Positions 25,901 through 40,900 of a stretch of 64,000 bases of DNA are shown in pieces. Under the pieces are notes generated by a model. The model saw only the letters and a program-made list of their open reading frames with translations, was not told the origin of the DNA and ran no database searches. Origin of the DNA: Antedon mediterranea (taxonomy: Eukaryota; Animalia; Echinodermata); contig NC_092678.1 of NCBI RefSeq assembly GCF_964355755.1, positions 14,720,371-14,784,370 of the forward strand, read 5' to 3'. Position numbers and translations under genes: made by a program. The first letter of the stretch is position 1. Every line of letters starts with the position of its first letter.

Positions 25901-28900
25901 GCTGCAAAATATTGGGACAAATTGATCAAATTGGAGTTTACAGTAATGAATAAGGATTGGACATTTTTGTTAGAATAAAGTACTGTAGTGTCGTCAGCAT
26001 AAAGGAAACAATTTAGGAGCTTTGAAGAGAAGTGAATATCATTGATAGAATAAATAAGAGGGGGCCAAGTAGAGATCCTTGAGGGACGCCGCATGTGATA
26101 GGACTAAAAGTGGATATGGAGTGAGAGTATTTGGTACATTGGGCACGATTGGAGAGGTAACTATTTAAGAGATTAATTGCTGATCCACGGATTCCATAGT
26201 GAGATAATTTGTGTAGAAGAATACTGTGGTCAATAGTATCAAAAGCCTTGGAAAGGTCTATGAAAATGCCGATTGTAAGATGGCGGTTTTCGAAAGCGTC
26301 TATAATTGTATTTGTCAGGTCGATGAGAGCCATTGACGTGTTGTGTCCCTTTCTGAAACCGTATTGTCTGTTGAAAAGTAAGTTGAATTTGGTAATAAAT
26401 GAAAATATTCGGTCATAAATTAAAATATCATCATAATCATAAAATCATAAAATAGTCCACTCATGTTTGGAAAGTCAATTTGATTGCTTATGATATTGTC
26501 TAACTATGGATATGGTCTGTAAATGCGGGGAAGGTAGTGATTGCTAAATAAGGAATTAACAAAGTATTGGGCATCGTTATCTGATTCATATTTAAGGATA
26601 TCAATATTGAAGTCTCCGAGAATTTTGTTTTCTCTTGATAGTTTTGATAAGACAGATTCAAGTTCGTTCGTAAATTGAAGAGGGTCAAGGGATGGTGATC
26701 TATATACTGTACCAATGACAATGTTTTTAGAGTGAGGTCTATTATTCTCAATAAAAATGGATTCGCAAATAGAGGGATGGAGATGAAGATCATGTCTTGT
26801 AGAAAATTGAAGACCATCACGAATATACATGGCAACCCCACCGCCGTCTTTATGAGTTCGGTGATTGGTGACAAAGTGGTAGTTGGGGAGTTGAACCAAG
26901 GGATTATCGTACTTAAACCATGTTTCGCTTACGCCAATTACATCGAATGGTAAATCTAGTAATGTTAAAAGCTGTTTCATGTCAACAAAATGTTTTTAAA
27001 TGCTCTTTGAATTAAAATGGATAGTAGAGAAACATTCACTTGTGATATTAACAGAAAATTCATTAGGATCGTAATATTGGGAGGTGCTCATGTTGCTATT
27101 TGAAAAAAAATTGTGAATCAGGGTCAATATTGGAGGTAAAGTTATCTGGGTTGATTGAAGATGGGGAAAACAATAAACTTGATAATCGGTCGGAATTTGA
27201 TGTGTTGCAATCTGAACCACAGTGGTTATGAGACATGATAGTACAATGCAAAAAACAAAAAGTATAACAATAAAAAACAATTCAAATTGAAAAATAAAAA
27301 TTGATGTCAAGAAAAAATAATTCAAATAAGAAAAAAAAAAATTTCTTCGGGTCTTAAGGACCGGGGTGTGCTAATGGATATAGCTCAAGACATAAGGATC
27401 GGAAAATAGGAATACATGATATTTGGTAACGTTGTTTGAAAGGATTAAAGGAATTAAAAATAAAAATATGGTAAATAACAATACAAATTCATAACATTAT
27501 AATGATGATATCAATAACGCCAATATAACATTAGTATCAGTGATGTTAATATCAGTTATATTAATATTTGGCCCATACAAAAAAAATAATAGTATCAACG
27601 AAATAGGTAATAGTAATAGTTAAGATAATAATAATGTTAATATAATGTATTATAAAACAATAACATCAGTAATATCATTAGGGGTAAGATCAATAATAGA
27701 AATAATAATATAAACATAATAAAAATATAACATAATCAAAGTCAATAATGCAACAGCAAAATAAATAATATATTATATTTCATTTTCATGACCACTGGTC
27801 AAGAAATTTGCTATATGAATATCTCATCAACCACTGGTCAGAAAGAGATAATTGTGGTCTCAAATTACTCGTAAAGTATATTTTTATATTTTTTCTAATG
27901 TAATAAAAATCATAAAACTGTCAATAAACCCCTAATTTTGACCTTTGACTTATAGCCGGCACAAATATGTTTGGCTTAGAGGACACTTTTCATATCTCAG
28001 AAATTGTTGGGCGGATATGGTTATAGTTTGTGTCAAAATACTCAGAAAATACATATTTCTATTCACTTTAATGGACAACTTTTACTAAAAATGACCATTG
28101 GTCAAGAAAATAGCCATATAAATATCTCAGCAACCACTAGTCAGAAAGTTATAATTTTAGTCTCAAATTACTCGCAAAACATATATTTATCTTTGCTCTA
28201 ATACAACACAAAATGTTAAAAAAAACCTTATTTTGTCATTTAACCTATAGCTGGTACAAACATTTTTGCGTGGAGCACACTTGTATTTTTAATAACTAGC
28301 GAATGCTGTTTTTACTTAATATCAAAATACACTCATATTGATATCACTCTAATGAACAAGTGCCAAAAGACATATCATTACCAATGATCAAGAAAATGAC
28401 CATAGAAATATTTAGCAACTAGGTAGTTTTGGTCCCAAAATACTAGGAATGAATATGTTTAAAAACGAAATAACAAGTTATAAAAAAGTGGAGGCCGTAC
28501 TTTTCAGGTATCACATGATAAATTGAAACGCGTTGCCCACGATACACCATACGGTAGGCTACTCCAGGCCCGTAAACTAATTTTTATAGAGGGGTTCGAA
28601 TTTGAAAGTCTTTGATAGACCTACCAATTACGATTAATTTGTAGGCCCTATGTGTATTAAATTTCAAATACACCGGCTCTGTGGATGATGGTTTTCAGTG
28701 GACGAGGTGGCGATTAGGAGGGAATTCTCAACCTCAGCCCCCCACCCCCCACACCATCGTGTTGAGATTGAGTAAGGATATTTCGAAAATATGGACCTAT
28801 AGTTGACCAGAAATTAAGTTATGTAAAAATCGTATCAAAGTTGGAGTCAATTGTATAAAACTTTAAAAAATATATTTAAATCTGAAATATAGATCGAGCC

Positions 28901-31900
28901 AATTTCAATGGTAGGGACGGTTAAGTGAAGGGGTCTTCTGCACCACCTCAGTCCCATCATGGTTTGGGCTGAGGTAAGAAAATGGAAACATTGATCTTTT
29001 AGTTGGTACAATCATATCAAACTTCTCAATTCTTTAACGCTAATGTTGTTTGTATTGTCTACTTTTAATTTATGGATGGGGAAAGTCACGCCGTCTCCAC
29101 ACACACACAGCAAAATTTGAAATTCTAAGCAAGAAAAAAAAATCTTGTTTTAAGAAAAATTTCTTTAAATAATTATTTTTTTTTCTTGTCAAGATTTAAA
29201 ATTACTTAAAACAAGAAATAATTTTCTAGAAAAGACACATTTTCTTAAATTAAGTTTTTGCAATATTCTTGAAAATGCTTATTACAAGAAATATTTTACT
29301 GAAAATAAGAAGTCAATATCATTCTCTTTTTATTAAGAATAGTTTTGCTTAAAACAAGATTTGAAAATACTTAATTTGAAAAGTATTTTACTTAAAATAA
29401 TAAATAAATATTATATTTATCCCAATCAAGAATAATTTTTCATAATGATGAATTCTAAAAATTATTTAAAACAATAATTATTTTTCTAGGTAAGACAAAG
29501 TTTCTTAAATTAGGTTTCGCAATATTCTTTAAAATACTTATTTTAAGAAATGTTTTACTTAAAATAAGAAGTCAATATCATACTATCTTATCAAGACTAT
29601 TTTTGCTTAAATTGATATTCGCAATATTCTTAAAAATACTTATTTTGAGAAATGTTTTACTTAAAATAAGAAGTCAATATCATACTATCTTATCAAGACT
29701 ATTTTTGCTTAAATTGAGATTCGCAATATTTTAAAAAATACTTATTTTGAGTAGTATATCATACCACACAACCACTGATCATAACAAACAAATGAGGGCC
29801 CTTCCTTCACTAGAACTGGATAGGCCACACTCATTAAAAATGGTAATAAATAAACATAAAAAAATCTGAACAAAGGACATGGTGCTTTAAAATGTTATAC
29901 TGACCATCTAAGACACTGACACAAATATTAGGTTTATTTATACGAATGTATTATCTATTTGACCAATAGATATCCATGAAACATGTGTAAAGTAGTTGAA
30001 GATGTATTGTCCCCCTGACTAATAATAAATAATTAGTTTACATTTGTTGTTGAATACGCCATTTTAATGTCACGTAATAGTTATTCACTTTGACTAAAAT
30101 TTGGATCGAAAACAAGTTATTTACCTGAGAAAACTGTAATGTAGAGCAAAAAAAATGGTAAAATTGTCTGTCAGACAATGAATAAGTGAAATCATTATTT
30201 ATTTTCGCGTTTTTTTCTTATTGAAGTGAATAATGTCATTAAAACTGCAAAATGGTCTATTCAAAGTCTGACTTTATAACTCTTTATTTGTCATGATTTT
30301 GGGGCCAAAACATCTTATTATAATTAATTATTATTATATGGTAGCCAGTCGCCGAAAATGGTTATTGCCTAACGGCCATACATCATTTTACAACCTGGAA
30401 GCTTTTTGCCACCCGATTCCTACCTCTAGATTATCTAGCTGCGTGTCGGACAATTCAAATTTAATGTGAAAATGCTGTTCTAATTACATTTGGTACCATA
30501 TGTCAATTGTTATTGTCAATTGGTAACATCTATTAAACAGTAGCTGTTTGGTCTGGCTGTAATGTGGTTGTCCTACGCTATGAGCAGCGAATTGGATCTG
30601 ATGTTTTTAGATAAATTATTATATGTTTTCTGTTTTAAATATCTCTAACTATCTAGATTTTGCACTTTTCAATTATTAGTTGTATCATCATCCTTATCAT
30701 CTCCCTTTCTAATACATCTCTTATCACCATTGATGATCATCTTTTGAACTATTTTCCAATTTGCTGGAATCATTTTAATCAACTTAGCCAATGTAAAATG
30801 CAATGCCCCGCGAGCTTATGAAAACGTTGTAATAAGTCAGATTTACTCCAAGCCTGGTGTTGTAGTTGTTAAAGAGTCGCTTATATTTGGCAAACTTTAA
30901 TTTTGCAATATGGTCCGCAAATTCAGTTTAACGTTACCGGTTCCCATTTCCTTATAAATTATCAAACTATCAAGTTATCTAAAAACTTTCAGAGTTTCTT
31001 ACTGCATTTCACCAAGCCTAATAATGGAGTAGGCCTATGAGTATTCATGTTTTCAGTTGTTACATTATATAACAGTATTTAATTTAATTATTTATTCGGT
31101 CTATTTCAATATATACATAACAAAAAAATGGTCAACCTAAATGAACTTAATTACTGTAGCGGGGCCGGTTGACCCAACCCCAAAGTTATGTATAAGACTA
31201 ATTATATTTGATGTTTATGACTTCTTCACAGAGTGGATACACACCGATCAATATTTATCTAAAGCGTGATGATGTTAAATTAAAGATATTGTACTGTCTG
31301 ATAACCAATGGTGAATCACCAACATTATCAAAAGAGGTAATTTGACAAACCATATATTGCAATAGTATATCATACTGGTAATAGTACAAGTATGTTTAAT
31401 GATAATTATTATTTTTTGCTTCGTTTTTGTTCATCATATTATTACCTTCAAATGTAAGAATGTAATGTACTGTATGTTGTTTATTTATTGTTAAAATGAT
31501 GCATCTGCTCTGTATAATTAATACATTTTAGCTCCTTTCGATTAATTTGATTTAGTTAATCCATGTTGTATAATCCATCGAAGATAAATATTTATTAAAA
31601 ATATAACTTTTCTTATTTTTTTTAGGAAGGAAGCAATGCTCTACATGTACATCTAAGTGGTAGATATGTTAAACCTACGTTAGGAATAGTGACTTATCTC
31701 ATTAAACTTGGTATATCTCCAACATTAAAGAATAAGGTAAAGTACATAGGAGTGGGCCTATTTTCCCGTGATCTAATCTTGTGTAATTCTCGAGTGGGAC
31801 TCAGACACACCTCAGAGTGTCGTGTTCATAACTCAATACCTGCATCAGAGTGGTTACAAAAAGCAAATACAGTTGGACACCTATAACGTTCGTGGTACCG

Positions 31901-34900
31901 AGATTAAATCTATAAATGGGAAATGAAAATATATATTATTTTAATTATTCGCATCGTTAGTTTAATTTTATTTTTTATTGTATAAAATATATAAGCCTGA
32001 TTTGTAATGAACTGGAGAGAAAAAGTGACTTACGTACGTCTTCAATATTATGTAATAATATATTTTCATAAAGGCGGTTTTTGACATAGCATACGATACG
32101 GTAATAGGAATAGAGATAATTCATCGAATGCATTATTAATTTAACTATGTTTTATGTGGACATGTCATTTTTATAGAAGGGTCGAATTTCAAATCACAAC
32201 AGAAAGCAATATTTACATAAATCTGTATGTATAAATTACACGATTATGATTTATTTTATTAGTAACATTCATGATTATAATTTCTTGATAGGACGGAAAC
32301 ACACCGCTGCATGAATACATGCATTCAAATGAACCTACATTAGAAGTAGTAGACTATCTCACGAAGCAAGGTGCATCCGTAACAGCACTAAATAAGGTAA
32401 TAATGGCAAGTGATAATTTATATGATTACACCTATAACGTACGTATGATCTGCACCGCAAACATATCATCTTATCCACTTTATTTTATATCATATTAAAA
32501 TTGATTGAGTTATTTAGAATTACTTCTGCAATAATGATTTAGTAGTAATTAAACAAGATCCAACAGTTATTGTGAGATTGGTATGTTGAGCAATGGATAT
32601 AGTAATTTAACTATGTGTTATATATAGACATGCCTTTATAAAAGAACTGAATTTAGAATCATGACCGAAAGCAATGTTCACGTTAACCTGCATGCATAAA
32701 CCACATGATTATGATTTCTTTTATGATTCAGTAAAATTACAAAACAAAAGACAAATGATATAATTCGGTTGACGTTCCCAGCATTATGCACCTGAAAAAA
32801 AACCTTTTAATTTCATTTTCTTTGTGTATTATTATCATTACCTAACTATAATTATTTGCTGCAATACATTGTTTGTATAAAATTCATGATTATAATTTCT
32901 TTAAAGGACGGTAACACCCTGCTGCATGAATACTTGCGTTCAAATGAACCTACCTTAGAAGTAGTAGACTATCTCACGAAGCAAGGTGCATCCGTAACAG
33001 CACTAAATAAGGTAATAATGGGCTAAAGATAATGTATATTATCACGCCTATAACGTACGTATGATCTGCACCGCAAACATATTACCTTATCCACTATATT
33101 TTATATCTATATATAAATTTACGTAAGGGCAAAACTCGGTAAATCGCGCCTTACTTCTAGAAATTTTACTCGATGGTATATAAAGTTGGTTCGTACTTTC
33201 GGTACTGATTTTAACCGCCTGATGTAACCCTGTTTACTAATCAAATTGAGTTAGATAATTAGTTATTGACGATTAAAACGAATTTAGGTTCAACGATTTG
33301 CCCCAAATAGGGGTGTTTTCCGATCGTGGTATACACTGTCTAATGGATGTCCAACTTGAAAAATACCCGCACACAATAATACGAGGACGCTTCGCATTTT
33401 CCTATCTCCTCCTACGATAATTGTTTTTAATGGCTGAAAACCGGTTGAACTGCTCGAGTACAGTATCATAATGTTGAAGACATTTTCTTTAAAAAATACT
33501 ATTTTGATAGATTTAATATACGTTTTTACAAATGTATTGATTTGCGATGAATGGAACATTCCAATCTCTGTTCCACAAGTGTCTATTCCCTCAGGCGTCA
33601 TAAAGGCAAGTACTGTATACTCATAACAGAAATTTGATCCATTTTTTTTTTTTCAATCTGTGCTGCAGAGGTTGGATATAATTTTTTTTTTAACGGATAA
33701 TGAGCTAGCGTTTTCACTCGTCGTATATTATGTTCAAATCTTTATTATTGCAGTTAAACCACCCACATCATCACCCTTCCCTCACTGGCATGAGTAGCGT
33801 TGTAAAACCAGTAGAGGAGAGGCCTACAGTACATCACATGCCCAAAACGCAGAACAACTTTGGTGGGTAGGGTAGGGGCCAACTTAAGTATGAATTGGCT
33901 CTAAGAAACAATTGAATGCATTAGCCCTACTAATTAAGTTGAGTTAGATAATTTAATATTTATTGACGATTAAATCGAATTTATGATTTTCCCTGAATAG
34001 ACATGGTTTTCACAAATTGTTTTACATTAACATATACACGTCGTAGTGATGTATCGTTACCTGTACTGTACTATTTCAATCGACAAGGACGGTGATAGTT
34101 TCAACAAAGTATTACATCGCAATGTTTTACTGTGTTTAGTGGTATAATATTTGTAAAACATGAAAACAATAATAATAATAATAACTGGTACTTGATAGAG
34201 CGCATAATGCTGAAAGCCTCAATGCGCTTTACAAAGACAGAACAATTTAGAAAATTACAAATTAAAAAGGTGGCTTTGAGGAGAGATTTGAAGACACTGG
34301 TGGAAGTAGTCTGACGGATTTCAATAGGCAACGCATTCCATAGAGAAACGGATGCCGAAGAAAAGGAACGATTTCCATAAAACTTAGTGGAAGGATGAAA
34401 TATATGGGCAAGAAGAGACTCAGATCTAGATCGCAGAGACCGTTTATGAACATAAGGTTGAATAAGTTCAATTAATATTTCGTTACTAAATGGAAAAAGA
34501 ATATATTTAAAAATTGTTTCTCTTTGCACCCATCCTCTTCCTCATCCCTAAACCCTAATGTTACATACAAAACATAAATTAGGTTTGTTTAAATTTGACT
34601 TAAGCAATTGGTCTCATTTAGTGACAAGTTTCTCTATCGGAAGTAATTCCGACATGTATTATTGTCCTGCGGTACGTACATTTGAAATCGCCAGTTTTTT
34701 AACGCTGAAATTATTATGTATTCGAGAACCATCTGTGGGCACGACCATCTAGTCATATTACAATTGATTGAGTTATATCGAATTACTTGCTGCAATAATT
34801 ATTTAGTTGTAATTAAACAAGATCCTACAGTTATTGTGAGATTGGTATATTGAATGTTTTTAGCAATGAAATTAATAATTTGACTATGTTGTATGTATAC

Positions 34901-37900
34901 ATGTCATTATAAAAGATTTGAATTTAGAGTCATGACTTTAAGCAATGTTCACATTAACATGTGTGTATAAACTACACGATTATGTTTTCTTTTACCAGTA
35001 ACATTGCAAAATAAAGGAATGCGCAGATAATATTGATATAATTCGGTCTACGTTCACATCATATTCACAAGCAAAACCCTTTATTTCAATTTGTTTGTGT
35101 ATTATTTATCATAACCTAACAATACTTAGTAAACTATCTCACGAAGCAAGGTGCATCAATATTAGCACTGAATTAGGTTATAATATAGGTCTAGAAATAA
35201 TTTATATGAATATAGGGGAGCTCGCTTGGCTCGCATTTAACATTTTAAAGTAGTCTGGGAAGTGTAGAAGATGGTTCTCGGAATGAAAATGACTCTGGTA
35301 AAAATGACGTTCTCCTTCTACGTTTTCTGTCGGTTACCAGTATTAAAAATTCTTGACATTCGTAAAACTAAACCTACTGTTTTACAATGTCTTAGATTAT
35401 TAATAACATTTTAAAGTAGGCCTATGTGCGTATATTGTTTGGTAGGGCCCTTATAAAGCTGAGGTGGGGAGGTGGAGTTCATTTGAAAGAGGTGCTTATT
35501 CAAGGGATTGTAGTTTTAATAAGATGGTAACATTTATAATCAAATAAAATCCTCTAATAGATATATGAAAAGTAGTAAAAAAAGAATAACAAATGCTTGT
35601 AGATAACAGTGCGATGAATTCGACTACAAATAGTATAATTGTGTTACTATAAATAAAATACAATGTTGAGTTTATAATTGTGGATGGGCGTTTAGTAGAT
35701 AGTTGTGGCGATTTTTATTCAAAGTGATGTTTTATTGGGAAGGCATTTGTTAAAATAAATGTCATCCTAATAATGAATACATTATTTAATTTAAGCATCT
35801 TTTGAAACTAACTTCCGTTGCAAGAAGACGTTTTAGACGGCTTGCAACATGGGCAGACATCCCGGTCCTAACGAGACACAGATAGCCTACAATTATTCCT
35901 GCCAGCTTACTCAATAGTACTCGGCTATCGGGATTTCACTCGATTTCAAACAAAATGTCCTATCATCAGATCTCCCTATGTAATTTTATAATACTATTCC
36001 CCACAATATATTCCGATGCTTTATGGAGTATATTTAATTTGATCTTTATTAATTTGCAGTATAATTTTTATGTTTTATCACACGCGCGGTCCGATCCGAA
36101 AATAAACAAAAAAACTAAAATGGCTATATAGCCACTAACGGCCAACTTAGCTGAAACCAGGAAGTTGCAAGGTGAACATGTGAACTTATCGTGAACCCGG
36201 AAATTACTTCGACCCGTGTACAATTGAAATTGAATTTAAAATATACTGATGAAATCAAAAATGTTGTTATAAAAACATTTATTATATCTCCCTAAGATAT
36301 AAATATGGAACAATAGCGTAGTACTGAAAACTAATGTTATCAAAACTACGTTTCGCGGTACATCTAAGATAGATAAGGTAGGTAGCCAAGGCGGAGATTT
36401 ATACCAAAGTTTTTCTATTGTGCTCGCCTATGTCAGAATAAACCATTAATTTGTATATAGATTACACCTATAACGTACGTATGATCTGCACCGCAACATA
36501 TCATAATTTAATTATGTTTTATGTGGACATGTCATTATAAAATGGTTGAATTTAGAATCATGACTGAAAGCAATGTTTACATTAACATGTATGTATAAAC
36601 TACACGATTATGATTTATCAGTAAAATTGCAAAATAAGACACAATTGACACAATTCCGTCTAGGTTCACAGCATATGCAACAGCAAAACATTTTATTTCA
36701 ATTTTTTGTTTATTATTTATCTATAACTATAATTATTCTTTGCAATAACCTGTAATAACCCCGATAGTATAAACATGACATCATTATGAATTCGTTATAG
36801 ATCGGAAATAAAGATTTATATGATTATACCTATAAACGTACGTATGATCTGCAAACACATAACACAGTTAACATATTATTATAATGTAATGAGCTATATA
36901 AAATTATTTGGAAGTGAAATTGCACAAGATTCTAAAGTTACTGTAAGGTTGTTATATTGAGCAATGAAGTTATTAATTTAAGTATGTTGTTTGTAAACAT
37001 GCCGTTATAAATAGTTTGAATTTAGAATCATGACTGAAAGGAATGTTTACATTAACCTGTTGTATATACCGTTATATACTATTGTTAACCGTTTTTGATG
37101 TTGTATTGTTTTATGTTTCAAACCTGTTAGTGGCGGTATTTATCGCTGTTGGTTTTGATTGAATAAAATAAAAATAAAATAAAATACTTAACGATTATGA
37201 TTTTTCTTTCTTTAACATTGCAAACGAGAATCCACAGACAATCGATACAATTGAGTCTACGTTCACAGCATAATATGCACCAGAAAACCATTTTATTTAA
37301 AATTGTTATGATTATTTATCATTACTTAAATAAAATTATTTGCTGCAATGATCTGTTTTTTGTATAAACATATTGATTATATATTTTTTATAGAACGGAA
37401 ACACCCCGCTGCATGAATTCATGCGTTCTAATAAACCTACCTTAGAGATAGTGAATTATCTAACGAAGGAAGGTGCAACAGTAACAGCACTAAATAAGGT
37501 AACTTTTAAAGTTGTATTGTCCCCCAAAACATGAAAAATAAAGATGAAAAAAATCAAATTTTGAATAGACCATTTTGTAGTTATAATAAAGTTATTCACT
37601 TTCGCCGAAAAAAAATCCGAAAAAAATATTGATTTCGCTTATAAAAAATCAAAATAAGTTTACCATTTTTTCGAACTCATAAGTTCAGAAATTCCAAAAT
37701 AACGATGGTTAGCTAACAGCTCATAAATATGCATGATATGTTAATGAGTATCCAAACAGGGGAGATCCGATCTGTTCACCACGTAAACAAACATGTGCGA
37801 AGAACAGAAGAAAGTGCTGGGGTTTCCCTGATCGTATGATGTAAAAAGCTCTGCCGTTAATTTGCTGGTAAGTAGAATTCTATTTTAGATGAATGACACA

Positions 37901-40900
37901 TCCTCCTATAATAGTTTTTGGCGTATAGTTATAGGCTTAGCTATCTAGGCTAGGGCTATAATATAAGCCTACTTCTACTATCTAGTAGGGCCTAGGCCTA
38001 GTTAGTACTGTAGTTTACTACTGTGTAGTGTAGTGTAGTGTAGCAGCAGCTGTAGGCAGGCAGATAATCGGGTCAGAAAAGAAGACGGGAACCCACTTTG
38101 AGGCCTAGCTAGGTCCTATATGTCGTACTCACCTAGCTAAGCCATCACTCCACAACTAGCTACAGGAAATAGGCCTACTATGTTGATGTACCACTGATAT
38201 ACATTTGGAGCTCGAATTAATTTTGAAGTCTAAAAAAAAGACTAACTGATGACAAAAAACGAACATTTGGAAAATGATCAGCATACAGTACCAAAGAAGT
38301 TGACGGTAGAATAGATTGTTGTTGATAGCAACCAAAACGAAAATACTAGTAATTAGAATAGGCCTTTTTTAGGGAGGAGATGCACTTTTCAGGGATTCCT
38401 TACTGTACATTAGTACCCCAAATTGAAAACTTCAGATTCATGTACAGAAATAATAATTATATGTATGCAATAAATTGTGAAATATTTAACTTTTCTATTT
38501 GACTTTTGTATTTATACATCATTGTTTTTCAATTTATAGACTAAGCTAATGAAGACTGGAACAGAAGTTACACCCATACAGCATTTTAAAGGCAACTGGC
38601 AGTAGACTCGGTAGTGGAACACAAGATAAATATTGGATGACTATCATAAAGCATTAGGCAAATGTGTTGGTTGTTTTCCAGCTTTTAAAATGTTGTATAG
38701 TTTTCATAATTAGAGCAATAACATTTGTATACAGCATTAAATAAATAAAAAATACTACTACAGTACATGAGATAAAATCACCATAATTTTAATGTGTGAA
38801 GATTTACAGTACAGTACAGTAAAAAATGAGTTAATTACTAGTATATTTCATTGAATTTCTGCATTATATATTGTTGAAAATTTATTTTCAACTATTAATT
38901 GATGTGTTGATTGTGGCATTACAGCAATAGCTTGTCTTCTGTGATTGTTCATCCATTTTAAAGTGTCATAGTAAGAAACGTTCAAATAAATATTGTGAAT
39001 GTTGCTACCACATTTTGTGTTGATTTCTTCACCATTTTCCACTACTTGCTCATATTGTTCATTCAAGTGTGTTAATACCTATTAAAAGAAAGACATTATT
39101 TATTAAAATATGTACATAAAAAGTTTAATTGTGTGAATGTTGGTTTGAACGTTATTGCTTTGGAAGAATTTTCAACATAACGGTACTAAGTACTGTAAAG
39201 TACACATTCCAAAAAATATTTAACTTAGATTATTTGGTCATTTTCTCTAAAATAATTACATTATTGGATGTACAGTATAGGCCTAGTTACAATTTTCACA
39301 AATTTATATTAGCATTAAAATCTAATTAATCATGAAGGAAAAACCAAGCACCATAATCTCTCCTGGCCCTGGTGGTGACCTTATTTTCTATTTTTGGCAG
39401 CCATTCACAAGTTTTCGCTTTTTGAGTTTCGCTGCTCTTATGTATAATTTTTTTTAATCACAAACTCTACATAGAAAAGAAAATTAAATGTTTTAAAATG
39501 AATGAAAAGTGATATGAATAATGATAAATTAAAGACTATTATTAAATATTATAGTATTATACTAAAAATAAGACGAGTTGGTGGTGTCGAAATTCACACA
39601 AGTCACAATAAAACCATGGAGGTATAAAATATTTTATTTTTATACCTCCATGCTAAAACCTTATTCCTTACTCTATGCTCACAGATGAATGTTATAGGCC
39701 TAATCCTATTTAAAGCTAGGTTGGCAATAACTATTAATAAGGCTTACAAGTTGTATCTATTAGTATTAGCTAGGCCTGCTACTCACTCAGGGTGAACCCT
39801 CACTCAGGCCTACAACTAGGCCTAGGCCTAGTACTACTACCACTACTAGACTAGCTACTAGAACTACTCTAGGCCTAGTCAATAGATAGGGGATAGTACA
39901 CTCACTAGATAGCCAGTACAGCTGTAATGGGCTAGCTAGGCTTCCCATACTAACTAACAAAGCTGCACCATAGAAACTACAGTTCTTACTTACCAATATG
40001 CTAGGGCCTAGCCATAGTCTTTTCTTCAAGTAGGAGTTGTTTTTTTTTTGTGTAACTACAGAACTTTCCCACATCGTCGTCTCGCCATATCACGTCGTAT
40101 TTTTTTTCTGATGACCTAGAGGTCACATACACGCACAAGAATCATACAATATGCATAATTCAGGTCAAGGGTTAAATTAAACCGGAAGCCAGCTGGATGC
40201 CAGCCAACCGACTTCCGGTTGACTATTTTTTACTTTAAATTACGATTTTCTAAGGTAAATAATTTTTTTTTTTGATCCAATTTTTTTTCAAAGTGAATAA
40301 CTTTTATGTATCATTAAAATGGCCTTAAAAAAAAAAAAAAATTTTGTTCAAGGGGACAATACATCTTTAAGCACATGGTATTTTTTCAAAAGGTAATCGA
40401 GAATAACTGAAACGTGTTCAGAAAGAGTGCTGAAGCTTGTTAAAAGCTAATACAAAAGAAAAATTGAAAATAATTTGTTCAGTAATGACATGGAAAAGGT
40501 TTGGACAGGAATGAATGGTTGGTTATAAAGGATCGAATACGAAGAATAAAAATTATAAATTTGATAACCATCAATAGGTTATGCATATAAGGTCAAATTC
40601 ATAATCAAATATTTCCTGTTCATTAGGTAAAACTAATGAATTGTTCCGAAAGTTAAAACTTTCCAGGGTTCCAACCCCTGATAGTATACAATCCAAGGTG
40701 CTTAAAGCATGTGGTTCTCAAATATCCTGGTGTATTTACAGTCATTTTTAATACAAGAAGATTTTTTTCTGAATTCTGTTTCTTAATGTTAAGGTAAAAA
40801 TTACCAGATATAATTCAATATCCATTTTTATATTTTAATACGTCTTTGTAAAACAATCAGACTTTTTCTGGGTTTTGTAAATATTTTATATATTAGATAA

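Noticed and set aside
35212-35980. Possible TAG...CTA element (TAGGGGAG / CTCCCTA)
   Set aside because: Terminal match too short and no clear TSD
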